A stretch of 64,000 bases of DNA from Camelus ferus (Eukaryota). Within the stretch, counting starts at the first letter, position 1; each line of letters starts with the position of its first letter. Under the pieces are notes generated by a model, which saw only the letters and a list, made by a program, of their open reading frames with translations, had not been told where the DNA came from and ran no database searches. The translations under genes were made by a program, and so were the position numbers. Location: positions 32,056,001-32,120,000 of the forward strand of contig NC_045697.1 in NCBI RefSeq assembly GCF_009834535.1. The letters are read 5' to 3'. This document shows positions 39,550 through 52,284 of the stretch, piece after piece.

Positions 39550-40100
39550 TTGTGTCCCCCCTGTTTCCAGTGATGCTCGTGTCTTATGCTTCATTGACAA
39601 AAGACAATTAGTGTGCCAGAAGCTGCTGATATTCCCATCAATAAATCCACAGGGCACACATCCTTTCCACCTTCCCTTTTGCTCCAGTCCAGGAAGTGTC
39701 ACTTCTCTCATCACAGGCTAATTTTTTGCCCATGCGGCTTCTTTGCTTTGTCCTGCACGCTCCAGGACCTTGATCTTTAGACAATCTCTCTATATTCTCA
39801 TCATCACTCTCCTCTCATCTAGAGGTAACCTTCATGCACACAAATACCCATCTTTCATCATAAGCAACGTTTCTCTTGACCCTGTATTCCCTTTCAGCTC
39901 CTGCCTCTATCTTCTGTTCTCATCTCATTCCAAATCACACTTCCATAACGAGTTATTTACATGCTGTGTTCACTTCTTAATCCCAGCCATTCTTCAGCCC
40001 AGTCCCATGTGGCTTATACCCCACTTCATTGAAATAGCCATTCTCAACCCAGCCAAAGACCTCCATTTGGCTTCTCCAAAAGTTAGTTTTGTCTGTTTCT
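39550..40100 (+). mobile_element. L2 ORF2 fragment
   Basis: Pyrimidine-rich with ctcttgaccctg, ccccacttcattgaaatagc, aagacctccatttggct L2 motifs. Confidence 0.55.
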
Positions 40101-40114
40101 CAAATTTAATATGT

Positions 40115-40245
40115 GTATGAATCCTCTGGGCATCTTTTAAAAATGCAGATTCAGATTCAGTGCTACCCAAGATTTTGCCTTTCCAGCAAGGTCCCAGGTG
40201 ATGTTAATGCTGCTCATCTGTGGACCAATGGTTAGCCAGCCAGTG
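40115..40245. mobile_element. MER5-type hAT fragment
   Basis: aaaaatgcagattc..caaggtcccaggtgatgttaatgctgct..tggacca. Confidence 0.6.
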
Positions 40246-40406
40246 CTTTCAGACCTTGTGTTTTTGTTTATATGGTCATTTTTGGTTTTTATCTTTTTCT
40301 CTTTTGCTTTTTTCCCCTGTTTCCTCCTATTAAAAAATTCTTCTTTCTTATGCTTTGCATGTGGGATCCTTCTTATCTTGCAAATCATCAGTTAAAAGTT
40401 AGCCTC

Positions 40407-41070
40407 CTCTCCTGGGCATATATCTGGAAAACTATAATTTGAAATGATACAGGCACCCCCCAGTGTTCATTAGCAGCAATATTTACAATAGCCAAGACAC
40501 GGAAGCAACCTAGATGATCATAGACAGATGAATAGATAAAGAAGTGATACACACACACACACACACACAGTGGAATATTACTCAACTATAGAAAAGAATG
40601 AAATGGCATTATTTCATCTGCAGCAACATGGATGGACCTGGAGATCATCATTTTAAGTAAGCCAACAAGAGAAAGACAAATATTATATGACATCACTTGT
40701 ATGTGGAATCTAAAAAAAAAGATACAAATTATTTACAAACCAGAAATAGACTCACAGACATAGAAAACAAGCTATGGTTACCAAAGGGGAAGTGGGAGGA
40801 AGGATAAATTATGAGTTTGGGGTTAACAGACATATATTATTATACATAAAATAGATAAACAACAAGGACCCATTGTATAGCACAAGGAACCATATTCAAT
40901 TTCTTTTAATAAGCTGTAATGGAAAAGAATCTGAAAATATATGTGTGTGTGTATATATATATGTATATTTATATATATAAAATTATATATTTTATATAAA
41001 TTTATATATATAAAATTAAATTTATATATATAAAATTATATATATAAAATTTTATATATATATATAAAAT
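40407..41070 (+). mobile_element. L1 3' end (same family as 36040-37700) with (TA)-rich tail
   Basis: gcagcaatatttacaatagccaagac, gcaacatggatggacctggag, aaaatagataaacaacaaggaccc; embedded (CA)n at ~40549-40569. Confidence 0.9.
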
Positions 41071-41549
41071 TCACCACTGTAATCTAGTGTAAAGCTAGGC
41101 ACATAGTAGGTGTTTAGTAAAACACTGACTTAATGAATACCTGCTAGGTACAGGTAATCCTGCAAGACTATGCTCTCTGACTTCAAACTGAAGTTTGAAA
41201 GCTTTCAAAAGTATTTTTTGCTGATTTTGGTGATTTTTTTTCACCCAAACCCATTGCTATGCTGGATTTCTTCCCCTGCCTTCAAATATTTACCTCCCAT
41301 TACCCTTTTCCCAGTCTCAGTTTCCATTTGGTGATGCTATAAAGTCAAACCATACCTAGGCTCTGACTGTTCTTTGAAAGTTTCCCAACTAATACAGCCT
41401 AGTGACTTCCTGCTTGAGAAGCAAGCCTTTCGACCAGTCATGGGAATTTAGTATATAATACCTTGAATGAATAGGTCATGTTTTTTTCTTGTATTTATCA
41501 CCTCTTTCTCTAGGTGAATAGTAGTTTCCTAGAGTTCAAGGATCATATC

Positions 41550-41760
41550 ATAATAATGATAACAATTTACTAAGTACCAGTTATATGCCAGTGCTTTACA
41601 TGAATAATTTGCAATCTTCAGAAGAATTCTTTTTGTAATTTTCATTGTGCCAATTTTATAAATAAGGAAATTATAGTCCAAGATGTTACTTGACTGAGGT
41701 CTCCTTGGGGAAAAAAAATGGGAAAGTGTGAACACAAAACCAGTGTTCCTTCCACTGCAA
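41550..41760 (-). mobile_element. MIR SINE
   Basis: tttactaagtaccagttatatgccagtgctttacatg..ccaattttataaataaggaaa. Confidence 0.65.
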
Positions 41761-44700
41761 TTCCTTCCACTATCACCCCATATCTCCTTTCTCCTGCATT
41801 GATCTCTACCACCTAGCAAAGCTCTCCCACATTGTAACTGTTAGCAAAAATCCTGGCCCATATCCTGTCTGGATCCTGAACCCGAAGGAGACTAAAATAA
41901 CTAGAGATTCCCAGAGCCCATCCCTTTTCCCCAGAGGTAGCTGCACTAAACAGGGTATGCCATCAAGAACCCACTGATGTTCTTACTTTGTCTTTTTATA
42001 ATCCTGCAATTCAGACAGTGAAAGGGAACTCATAATCTCTCTTTTGACAAAACATAGTGTGAATGTACTCACAAGTTTTCTCATTTTTATGGCAGTTACT
42101 GTAGAATATTCATTGCTTGATAAGATAGTAAAATCTTACAAGAATTTGCAAATAAATATACAATGATCATTTTCTCCCTTAGAATTTCGTAACTTTTGCC
42201 TTTGGGAATAAAAGGAAACACTCTGAAGTAAGGGCCATAATGAGAAAAAAATTACTCCTCAGATAAGTAGAGAATCAATTGAGTCCCCAGTGTGGGGGAT
42301 GGAGGTGGAATCAGGGCTCACTGTGCTATTTAATCCCTTTGAGTGTTGTAAGGCTTTATTTAGCAGGACAGGTAAATGCCCACACTTCTCTACAAACTCT
42401 GGGATAAAGCACACAGCTGGGAAGTACAGACCACCCAGCAATAAAAAGGAGAACAGCTCTGTCTTAAAAGTCTATGATTAAACATACCCTAGAAGAGACA
42501 TGGGAATTGCCTGCTAAAATCAAACTGGATTGTGAGACAAAAAGTAAAAATATAAACTTGTGAAAATGTCAAAGTGATAAATCAGTACCCAGGTGGGTCC
42601 CCAAGTTGGAAGCTGTCTTAACAGCTAAGAGACATCGATTTCTGGTAAACGGGTCTTTCTTCTCAGGGCAGCTAGAAGCAGAACAGGGAGGGCCCTCAGA
42701 AGGGACCACTGAACAGCTCCCTGTTTCTTTCAGATGTCATCTTTGCTTCACAGGAGCAATTTACTCTGACATAAAAACTCCACAATTAGTACTCAAGGGA
42801 CTTCAATGTGGATCTCTGTTTTGTTTTGTTTTGTGTTGTGTGTATTTTTTTCCCTCCTCCTGAAATCACCCTGACAATTTCTTTCATCTAAAATGACTCA
42901 TAAAATGAAGCTGGGTTATGTAGCAGTGATGACCACCAATACCTGGACCCACATGGTGAAGAGTAGCTTGTCCCTCAGGAGACGCTTATGGGGTAAGGAG
43001 ACCAGATGATTGTCTTGAGATTCTTTCATTAAATAATAGTAGAATACACACAAAAAGATAACAAGGAAAGGCGAATGTGATCAAAAAAGATCCCTTACAT
43101 TCGTGTCCCATGTGGCAGTTTCAGAGTTTCCATGTAAATGCTCTAAAGATCTCAATGCCTGTTTCTAGTCCTGGTCCCACTCTCCCCACCCCACCCCTCT
43201 AAGCCCCTGGCTAAATTTAATTCTTTTTATTCCTTTCACTTCTTCTGTCCAGTCTTCTTCCAAGAATCAACGAGGATGGGGAAAAAAGGTTTGTCAAAAA
43301 GCCAGTATCAGCGTGTGGGAAAGTTACAAACTGACTAATCCAGAAATGGGATAGTTCGTCCTTTATCAAATTTCCACTATGTTACTAAAAGGAGCCATAT
43401 AGGAGCCAATTCTGAACAAGTTGAAGATCATTTTAATTGGAGACACTCTTTCCATTTATTCAGGTCATTAAAGTTCTCAAAGTTCTATTGCTGACGATTT
43501 TGTTGAAGACTATTGCAAGATGCCAGGTTGGGGAGGAGAAAAGGAGAAAGGAAGAGGAGGTAAGAAAGATGGCAGCAGCTGAGGCAGCTGTAGCTGACTG
43601 ATCTCGCTACATCTGAGGTCAGAGGAGCATAATGGGAATCTTAAATCTCTGCTCAGCTTTGTTCTTTCCCTGCTACCCTGATACCCCATAATGTAAGTGT
43701 CCTCATGGCCTCTCCCCATCCCTGCCCAATGCACCATATAGAATGCATCAGGTCAGCTTCTCCAACCCACACAGGCGTGCTGTTTCTGCTGACGATGTGA
43801 CCAACCTTCATCCCTGCTTAGAGAAACAAAGCACTAATCTGTAACTTGGTGAGATGTTTGCCAGCCACCCGAAGGATGAATCAAGAAAAAAATATGTTTT
43901 CTACATGAACAGTGTTCAGTGAACTGACTCTGAGTTCTTTTTTGAAGATTGCACTAGTTAACTAAGTTATGAAAATGACCACTGAGAACATTCCATTTCC
44001 AACTGTACCTCTATGCGTGGCACTTAGATGCTCTATACTCCTTTCGACTAAGAAGATACATGAAGCACTTAACTCCAGATAGAATTCTAGTTCTGTGGGA
44101 GCAGGAAAAAGTCACTTGCATTAGCAGACTCTAAATTCTAGACTGAAAAAGGGGCTCCATGAACATCTACGGTTTGGAACTACACATGGTTGGTTGATGG
44201 TGATTTAATGTCAAGTTTTAGAAATTTGACTCACTTTTACTTTGATAAATATTGAGCTTCCCAGGTCTTAAAGAATAAGTGTCTTCCAACTGTGCTCAAT
44301 ATCTTATTGAGTAAAAGCTTATAATAAACCTCCTCTTGAATATGTCAGTAGACTTGCAGCCCTGTGCTCTTCCTCTTTTTCATAGATGCTATTTCCTGTG
44401 CCAGCTCAAGTTCCCACTTTTTACCACTTATTATTAAAGTTTCAACCATTTAGGATAACTCCTAAATGGATTTGTAAGATGTTTAATTTATATACTTTAA
44501 GTTGTTTATCATAGTTCTTTGAACATCATGACTAAAGAGCTTTAAGGCTTGATGGGGACCAAGAGAGAAGTATAACATTGCATATTGCATCTTAGTCATC
44601 GTTTTGAGATCTTATTTTCATTAATGTGCAAAGTATTGAAGAGACTAGAGAACATTAGCTTAGACAAAAACTGTACAAATAATTCCTTCTTCCAGAGAGA

Positions 44701-45609
44701 AACACATGAAGCCCAAAGCAGTTTGGTTTTATAATGCCTCAGGCAACAAGGTAGTAATTGCTTGCAAATGATTGCCAGAAATTTAAAATAAAACTTTTGG
44801 GAGTAGGCCTAACTTCTCTTATGGAGTGACTTGATGAAGAGATTTCATCCCCAAAGAGCTTAGGTCCAAGATATTGCATGTGTCAGCAAAGCAACAGAAA
44901 GCGGTCATGTGCCCCTAGCAGGGCTCAACCCTTTGCACGATTCTGCACCTGTACGAAGGCCACATCACAGCTGGAGAGGCAGGATAAGCAGTTTTTCACC
45001 AGAATAACTAATGTCGTTTAAGAAGGAGTACTGCAGTCACTGAAATTAGCAGGCAGTCATCTTTCATATTTGGTATTTCCTGTGTTTTTAAGTAGAACCA
45101 AACAAACCACTGTACAAGCTCAGCAATAAAGCAGCAGAACGGATGGTGGTGGGGCTTCCTGTTCGCTAGCTGAGTCCCTCTTCCTCAACCCCCAATCCAA
45201 ACCACAGAACATAGAGCAAATAACATAGAGCAGCCAGCACCATTAATTGTAATGTAGCTGTCAACTAAGGTCACCTTATCTTTTAGAGTTTCAATAAAAT
45301 TAGATTGAATTCCTTACGCTGTATTCTGGCCTTTCAAGAAATTCTGTGAGTTTGGTGAGAAGTTGACATATTTATAGTCATCTCTAGGTAAAAATTTCAG
45401 TGTCAGTGAAAGTCTTCAACCAGTTCATGTCTCATCCCCTTGGGGCTATTCATTTGGTTCTGTTCCTTGGGAAAGGGGGAAATCACCTCTTTTCTTTGAT
45501 CTGTCCTCCAAGATACATATACACGTATTTACGTGCTTAGCAGACTTCAATGGAAGTTTGGAACAACAAACTGGAATGTACTACATAGTGAGGCAACACG
45601 TTTAAAATT

Positions 45610-46050
45610 TATCTATTCAACAAATACATAACGGGTAATTACCCTGTACGAGCCACTGTTCTATGGTCTGGGATTGTAGCATTAAATGGAATCAAAATCT
45701 CTGGTCTTCTGGAACTTCAATCCTCATGGGGAGAGAGAGATTTTAAACAAATGCATGTGTATGTAATATGTACCAAACTGTATATTGAAAAGTAAAGAAA
45801 AGCAAAGCATGATGAAGAGGATGACCGTTAGAAGGGGCAGGAGGTTATTTAGATCAGGAGTCAAAGTATACCTCTTGGTCATATTTGAGCTGAGTCCTAA
45901 AGCAAGTAAGAGCAGAAAGGCCAGTTCAAAGCTTCTGAGGCAGAAACAAGTTTAGATTGTCCGAGGAACCAAAGGAGACCAGGGAGGCTGGAGGAGAGTG
46001 TTTGAGAAGGAGAAAGACATCAGGCAGATAGGGGAATCAACTCATGCTCG
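45610..46050 (-). mobile_element. L2 3' fragment
   Basis: tattcaacaaatac..atatttgagctgagtcctaa..gaggaaccaaaggagaccagggaggctggag. Confidence 0.7.
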
Positions 46051-48574
46051 GTTAGAGCTCTGGATGGGAAAAACAATGAAACATTGTCTGCAGGCAGAGC
46101 TTCTGGGGATACTTTAGAATAGAAGAATCTGACAGTTTCTGATAGTCAAAGTGTTGATAACTATAATGCCTCCTGGTCAGCAGCCTGTTTTTTGTTTTTA
46201 GTGTTCTGTGTGTCCCTCTTGTCTCCCCAGAGTTCCTCCATGGTGGGGCCCATTTAGGCTTCGGAGCTGGTGCTTCCAGTGAAGAAGGCTGGCCCGGCTT
46301 CGTTCGGTTCACCAATCTTAGCCTCAGCTGATCTGTGCCAATTGACATGGGTCTTAAGAAAACTGTAAATGCTTTAGGGCATTTGGCCCAAAGGAATAAC
46401 TAAAGGGTGTACTTCAGCATTGTGACAAATCCCTAACTCTGCGTGTCAGGATCTTTTTCAAGCAGTGTTTTGGTCTTGCCAGAGATGGTTGTTTCTGTTT
46501 GCTCTATAGATAATGGGTCTGTGCTTCAGTATCACAATGATCTTGGGGTGAAGTAATAAAAAATGAGTGTTGTTGTTTTTTTTCTGAACAAAGATTTGGT
46601 GCGAATCTCTCCCTCTGAAACAGAGTAGCAGATAATCACCTCACAAGTACTTTTTCGATATGAAGGGCAACTGTAAATTATTTTTACTCTGTATTTTCAG
46701 CTTTTTAAAGCTGTTCTTTTGGGTTCTCAAAATGACTGCTATGAAAGCTTTGTTTAAACTTAGAAAAGCATGTATTCAACGGACTTCCTGGACACTTAAG
46801 TGAAAGTACTGTTCTACATGCTAAGATTTAAAGTCATGTGCACTTTGTTTGTCGGCCATAAAGGACCATGTTATAGTTCAGTGGGTCTCAAAATAAGGCA
46901 TCTGGAAGAGAGGCAGAATGATGTCCGTCAAAGATGGTAGGGACAGAGAAACCAGGTGGACCAGCAGGGGTGAACAAACCAACAGGCAGTTCCAAAGATC
47001 AGACAGAGGAGAAGGTACAGGTTTGTACGGTATTTCGTACAATGGTTGGGAAAGGGGAGATGGGAGGATGAAGAAGACCACTGACAGAAACCCCACTGGG
47101 AAATCTGGCTACAAGGATAGGAATGCAATCAAGAGAGTCGAGAGTTAGTCGGTGGGACTCCTCTTAAACAGACTGGAAGGACAATTCCAAACTTTAGTTG
47201 TAGGGGAATCTGAGCTAAAGAACAGAGGATCAGGCTATGAATTCTGGCCCTGTAAGAAGAGAAGTCTGTTACCTGAACCGAGAAATGGAAACATCACGTA
47301 CCTGGCTTTACGCTAAGTGTTAAGGAAAGAACTATAAAGAGGATCTAGTTCCCTTTATTGGGTTCTTTGCTTGATTTGGAAGATAGATTTTTTTTAAAAT
47401 GTTTGTTATATAAAGTGAAAATGTTATGGTAAAAACAGTCCCAAGGGCATTATGGGAATATTGATAAGGAAAGGGCTCTCTGTGTTTAGGGAGACTGAGA
47501 AAACCTTCCTGGCGAATATTGAAGTCTTCTGTCTTAAATCACATGGTATCAGAAAAACATGTGTCATATGACCAGTCCCTCTGTCAAAATAAGCAACTGT
47601 GAATGGAATTGTTAAGGACTTTAAAGTATGGCTTGGGGAAAAATAACTTCTTTATAGTGGAAGAAAGACAGACTATAGCATCAGATAAACTTGAGCAAGT
47701 TACAACCTCTTTGAGACTCAGAGGTTTGTGTGTTTGTAAATCACACAGTATAGAGTTCCACTCCATTCAGTAAATGTCACTGCCTGTCTTCCAAATCTTT
47801 AGGAAATAGAAGTATTGGATTTTCACCTTCTTATGGTATGTCAAGAATCTATTTATGTGTAGATGTAGCTGTAGGGGAAAATGATCACAAATTTGAAACA
47901 ATACTTTCTGGAGAGCTTGGTAATATAACCTCTATTTAATTACAATAGCTACCATTCCAGGAATGGCAAAAAAGGCTCTTAATCTATTATTTTAAAAAGA
48001 CACAAAAATATTTTAAGAGTAATGACTGGCCTTTGCAGAAGAAAGGCACTTTACAAATCAATATGTGTATTAGTTTTGTTACTGTAATAGCTAAACATTA
48101 ATGTCTAGTCCAGAGTTTTATAGGAAGGCCAAATGTAAAAAACTAGTCAATTGGTTTCCATAAAAATATATTGCTTAGCACAATAATGGTTTCTGTCTTA
48201 CGTAACATTTTCCGAAGAAATGCGGTAATATCCTAACGAGGAATAAGTGAGAAATATTGGAAACTCTTGTCCTTGTAAACATTTTACAGATTAAATGGCT
48301 CCAATGGAAGAAATAAAGGTTCTACCCATGTGAAACACACAGAATTAATTACATGGGCCTACTTCCTATGCATAGTGTGTTCCTCAGAAATAAAACAAAA
48401 CCAAAATACAATGAAAATACTGGGCTATCTGTTATGAAAGAAGTTTCTTGTAGTAGATAGAAAAGGAAGCTATTAAGAAAGACATTTTAATTATTCCCAA
48501 GATATTTATTGAGCCTCTAATACATGCTGGGTGATTTTCTGTGTAGCAAAGACACAACAGTGAGGTTGACAGAT

Positions 48575-48940
48575 TAGATTAGATTATATATTCCAAAAAT
48601 GGCAGTAAAAATAGCTCTCATTCTACATACTCTTCCTAAAACGTGCCTCTACCATTGGAACGCTTGCCCTTGGAATCAATAACTTCATGAAGAGACCCTC
48701 ATGGAGAGAAATGTACATCCAGCACCAATTTACCTGTCACATTTATGAATCATTTTAAAGTAGATCCCTGAGTCTAGCTTGAGTCGAGCCATCCCAGCTG
48801 ACACCACATGGAGCAGAAATAAACTTTCCCCACCAAGACTTCCTATGTTGTAGATTTGTGAGCAACACAAGTGATTGTTGTTGTATTAAGGTTCTGTGCT
48901 TTGAGGTGCTTTATTATACAGCAATGGCTAATTGGAACAG
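48575..48940 (+). mobile_element. MaLR solo LTR (MLT1G/H-like) within L2
   Basis: ccagctgacaccacatggagcagaaataaac, gattgttgttgtattaag..ttattatacagcaatggctaattggaaca. Confidence 0.75.
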
Positions 48941-49429
48941 TGAGAAGTCAGTTACATTTGAATCTTTCTGAAGCTTGCAGTGAATGATGAATAATATTAA
49001 GCAAGCAATTATGATATGATGTGGACATTGTTTTAATAATGGCAAAACATTCATATATGGGTGTATTTGGGGGAGGGACTGTAGTTTTCAACAATAATAG
49101 CTTCCCAGAAGAAGGAACACCTAAGGTGACACCTGAAGGATTAGTGGGAAGTGGAAGTTGAATGTTTTAGAGACAGAAAGAAAGCATATCTTGATAATAG
49201 CCTGTGTGGTGATGGGGGTGGGGACCATAGGAAGAAGAAAAGAGATATGCAAAAGCTAAATGAAATCATGATAAGAAGCTTGGACTTCATCCTAAAATAG
49301 TGATCCAAGGTATTCTTTTAGTTAGCTGAAGATGTGTTCAGGTTTGCATTTTAGGGAGATTAAGAAACAAAGGGAGGTAAACTTAGAGTTATACAGACTA
49401 GTTCGGTAGTAATCATCATCCAATCTTAT

Positions 49430-50332
49430 CCGTAGAGTTTCTCACCTTAGTTAATGGAAGCTCCATCCTTTCAAATGCTCACATCAAATACCTCAGACAT
49501 ATCCTTGACTCCTTTTATATCCTTTATCAATCTATTTGCAAGCCCTGCTTTATCTATCTTTATGTCTAGAATATGACCATTTTTTACCATCTGCATTGCT
49601 ACCAACCTGATCACAAACACCATCTCTTAGATGAACTATTGCAAAAACTTTCTAAAAGGTGCCTCCACTCCTACATTCGTCCCATCCTACCACAAGGACT
49701 GTTCTCAACACAGCAGCTCAGAGTAAGCTTTCAAAAGCCAAAATCAGATCAGCTCACTCCTCTACTCAACACCTTACAGTGGTCATTTTACTCAGAGTAA
49801 AAGCCAAAGTCTATATAACTGCCTAGGAGGCAGCACATAATCTGGTTCCCTGTTTTCTCTCTTTTCAGTTCTCCTCTCTGTTCAAGCCACATCAGGACAC
49901 CTAAACACTCCAGGGGCATTCCAGCCGTGGGAATTTGTTTTAGTTATGGTTTCAGCCTGGGTGGCCTCTCCACCAACACCCATATGGCTAATTTCCTCAG
50001 CTCCTTCAAGCCTTCGATCTAATCTCACCTAGTTAAAACTGCAATTAGCAGTCCCCTAATTTATCATCCCTTAAACTCTCTAACCCTGCTCCACTTTTAT
50101 TCTTTTTCTTAAAGCCTATATTACCCTGTAACATACCATACATACAATTGGTGGGTTTTTTTTTCATGTCTATTGTTCATTTTCTGTCTTTACTTCTACC
50201 TCCCCCCACTTCTGACAAAATGTAAAGAAGGATAATAAGAGCAGAAATCATTGTTCACTGATGTAAAAAAATTACCTTGAGAAGTGCCTGGCACATAATA
50301 GGCATTCAAGTATTTGTTGACTGAATGAATGG
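49430..50332 (+). mobile_element. L2a 3' end
   Basis: ctgttctcaacacagcagc..tcagatcagctcactcctctactcaa..gtgcctggcacataataggcattcaagtatttgttgactgaatgaat. Confidence 0.85.
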
Positions 50333-50780
50333 TGACAGAGATGGAGGCACTTTCCCCATTTTTTCCACCATGTATAATTCTCCTTTATAATCTAACATAG
50401 CTGTGGATGTGCCCTTTACTCTACTTAAATTCTACTACTGGGTTGTTTACATTATTTTTCCCTTCTCTTCACTGTGACTGACATAGGAAGTTTAATCGAC
50501 TATCAAAGTCATCTTGGCTTCTTGGCCAGCCAAATACCAGATAGAGAATTTCAAATATTAACACACATGTCATCCTAGTGAATGAAGAAAACATGAGTGG
50601 CCTACATAGGCATCAAAAGTTTTAAGTGGCTTATTCAAGGTCTCTGTTTCAATCAATGTGGAGAATAACTAGTACCTTCAAGGGCAGGATTCCAATTTAA
50701 TATAGTTCAAGGAATGAATAGGATAAAGAAGAGCACATTGAATGAAATTAAATAGGAACAAGTATTGAGTAGGGCAAAAA

Positions 50781-50781
50781 T

Positions 50782-50824
<43 letters not shown>

Positions 50825-50862
50825 GGAAAGAAATAGTGAGATAGATAGAGAGATGATAGACA
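50781..50862. repeat. (GATA)n tetranucleotide microsatellite, degenerate at the 3' end
   Basis: direct reading. Confidence 0.95.
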
Positions 50863-52284
50863 GACCCCTTTCCCCTGTTATACCACAGCTATATTTGGAT
50901 CCACTCATTCTATATCTGAATTCCACTATTCTCTTCTGATACCTAATAATAAGAAACAACTTCTTCAGATTCTCTTCAGAATCACAAGATGCTTCATAGC
51001 CATCTCATATCTTAAATATATAGTTTCCCTTTCATTTCTGTTGAGTATCCACCATGTATGAGTTGCATACATGCTAGGCTCTGAGAATGTAGGGGAAAAC
51101 AAAGCATGAATGATTCACTTGCTCAAAAAGTTATAGCCTAGATCTTCCAATAAAAGAGAAGCAGCAATAGAGGGCTAGAGTCCAGTTACTACATCTACCA
51201 GCTACTACTGTTGTGCTTTACGGATTCTAAGATCTTGTTCTTCCACACCTTACCCTAGTCTTAGCCTCTTAGGGAAGTAAAAGCAATTAGAGAAGACACA
51301 GATACTTCAATTGCTTTAACCTGAGAAGACCGTGTTGACATTATTATTTCTAGGGTATTCAGCATATGTTTCTTGAGCACCTTTTCTGGACCCTGTTCTA
51401 AGTACTGGAATCAGGGGTGAACAAGATACACACAGTGACTGCCCCCATGGATATTCTAATCTAATGGAAGTAGATGATATTCTGTCAACCCAGAATCAAT
51501 GAAAGAAGCTTCCACAAAAAATTTTATGTCTTGACAATTAAATATTTTCTCCACCTGCCTCCCATTTTTCATGGCCATGACAACCTACCAAAGATGGGGG
51601 ATCAAGAGTTGGAAAAATGAAGGGTAAAGTCTTTTTTGTGGTTTCTTGACTTCCCTGCTATGTATTGTTTATGATACACGTAAGTTGTTCTGGTTTGAGT
51701 ATCATCAATCATCCCACAATTTTCCATACCTAATATATTAAATCTGGTATGTGCTTTTAATGCTCAGCCTCTACAAGAAAAATCTTAGGTATATATAGAT
51801 AGTATACACGCAAGAGGGAAAAGTCTATGTCCATATCACAAGGGCTATAGAAGTAAAAGAGTGTGGAAAGGCATTCTAAGGCAAATAGCAGGGCAACAAG
51901 TTAAAGAAAGGGAATCATTTTAAAAACATAAGGTCTCAAGGCTAAAACACACTGAGCTCACATTCTGCTTCAAACCGGCACAGTGTTTCACAATTTGAAT
52001 AATATATATGGACACCTTTTAAAGAAATGACATTCTTCTTTCTCCCCCTCCTACTCCCATGGATAGCTTCAGTTATTATAGTATGTTTCTTAAAAATATT
52101 AAAACTGGGATATATCTTTTATGCACATAGGTAGTTATATAACTGTAAAATTAAAGTTATAAGCTAAAGACAAGCTAAGCAATATATCTTACAGTTAATT
52201 ATAATTAAATGCACTTAAATTAAATTAAATACAATTAAATTAATACATTAAATACAATTAAAAACATTAATGTCAGAGTACTTT

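Noticed and set aside
39389..40120. 110-aa and 125-aa + ORFs
   Set aside because: They largely overlap a pyrimidine-rich L2 remnant that is naturally stop-poor.
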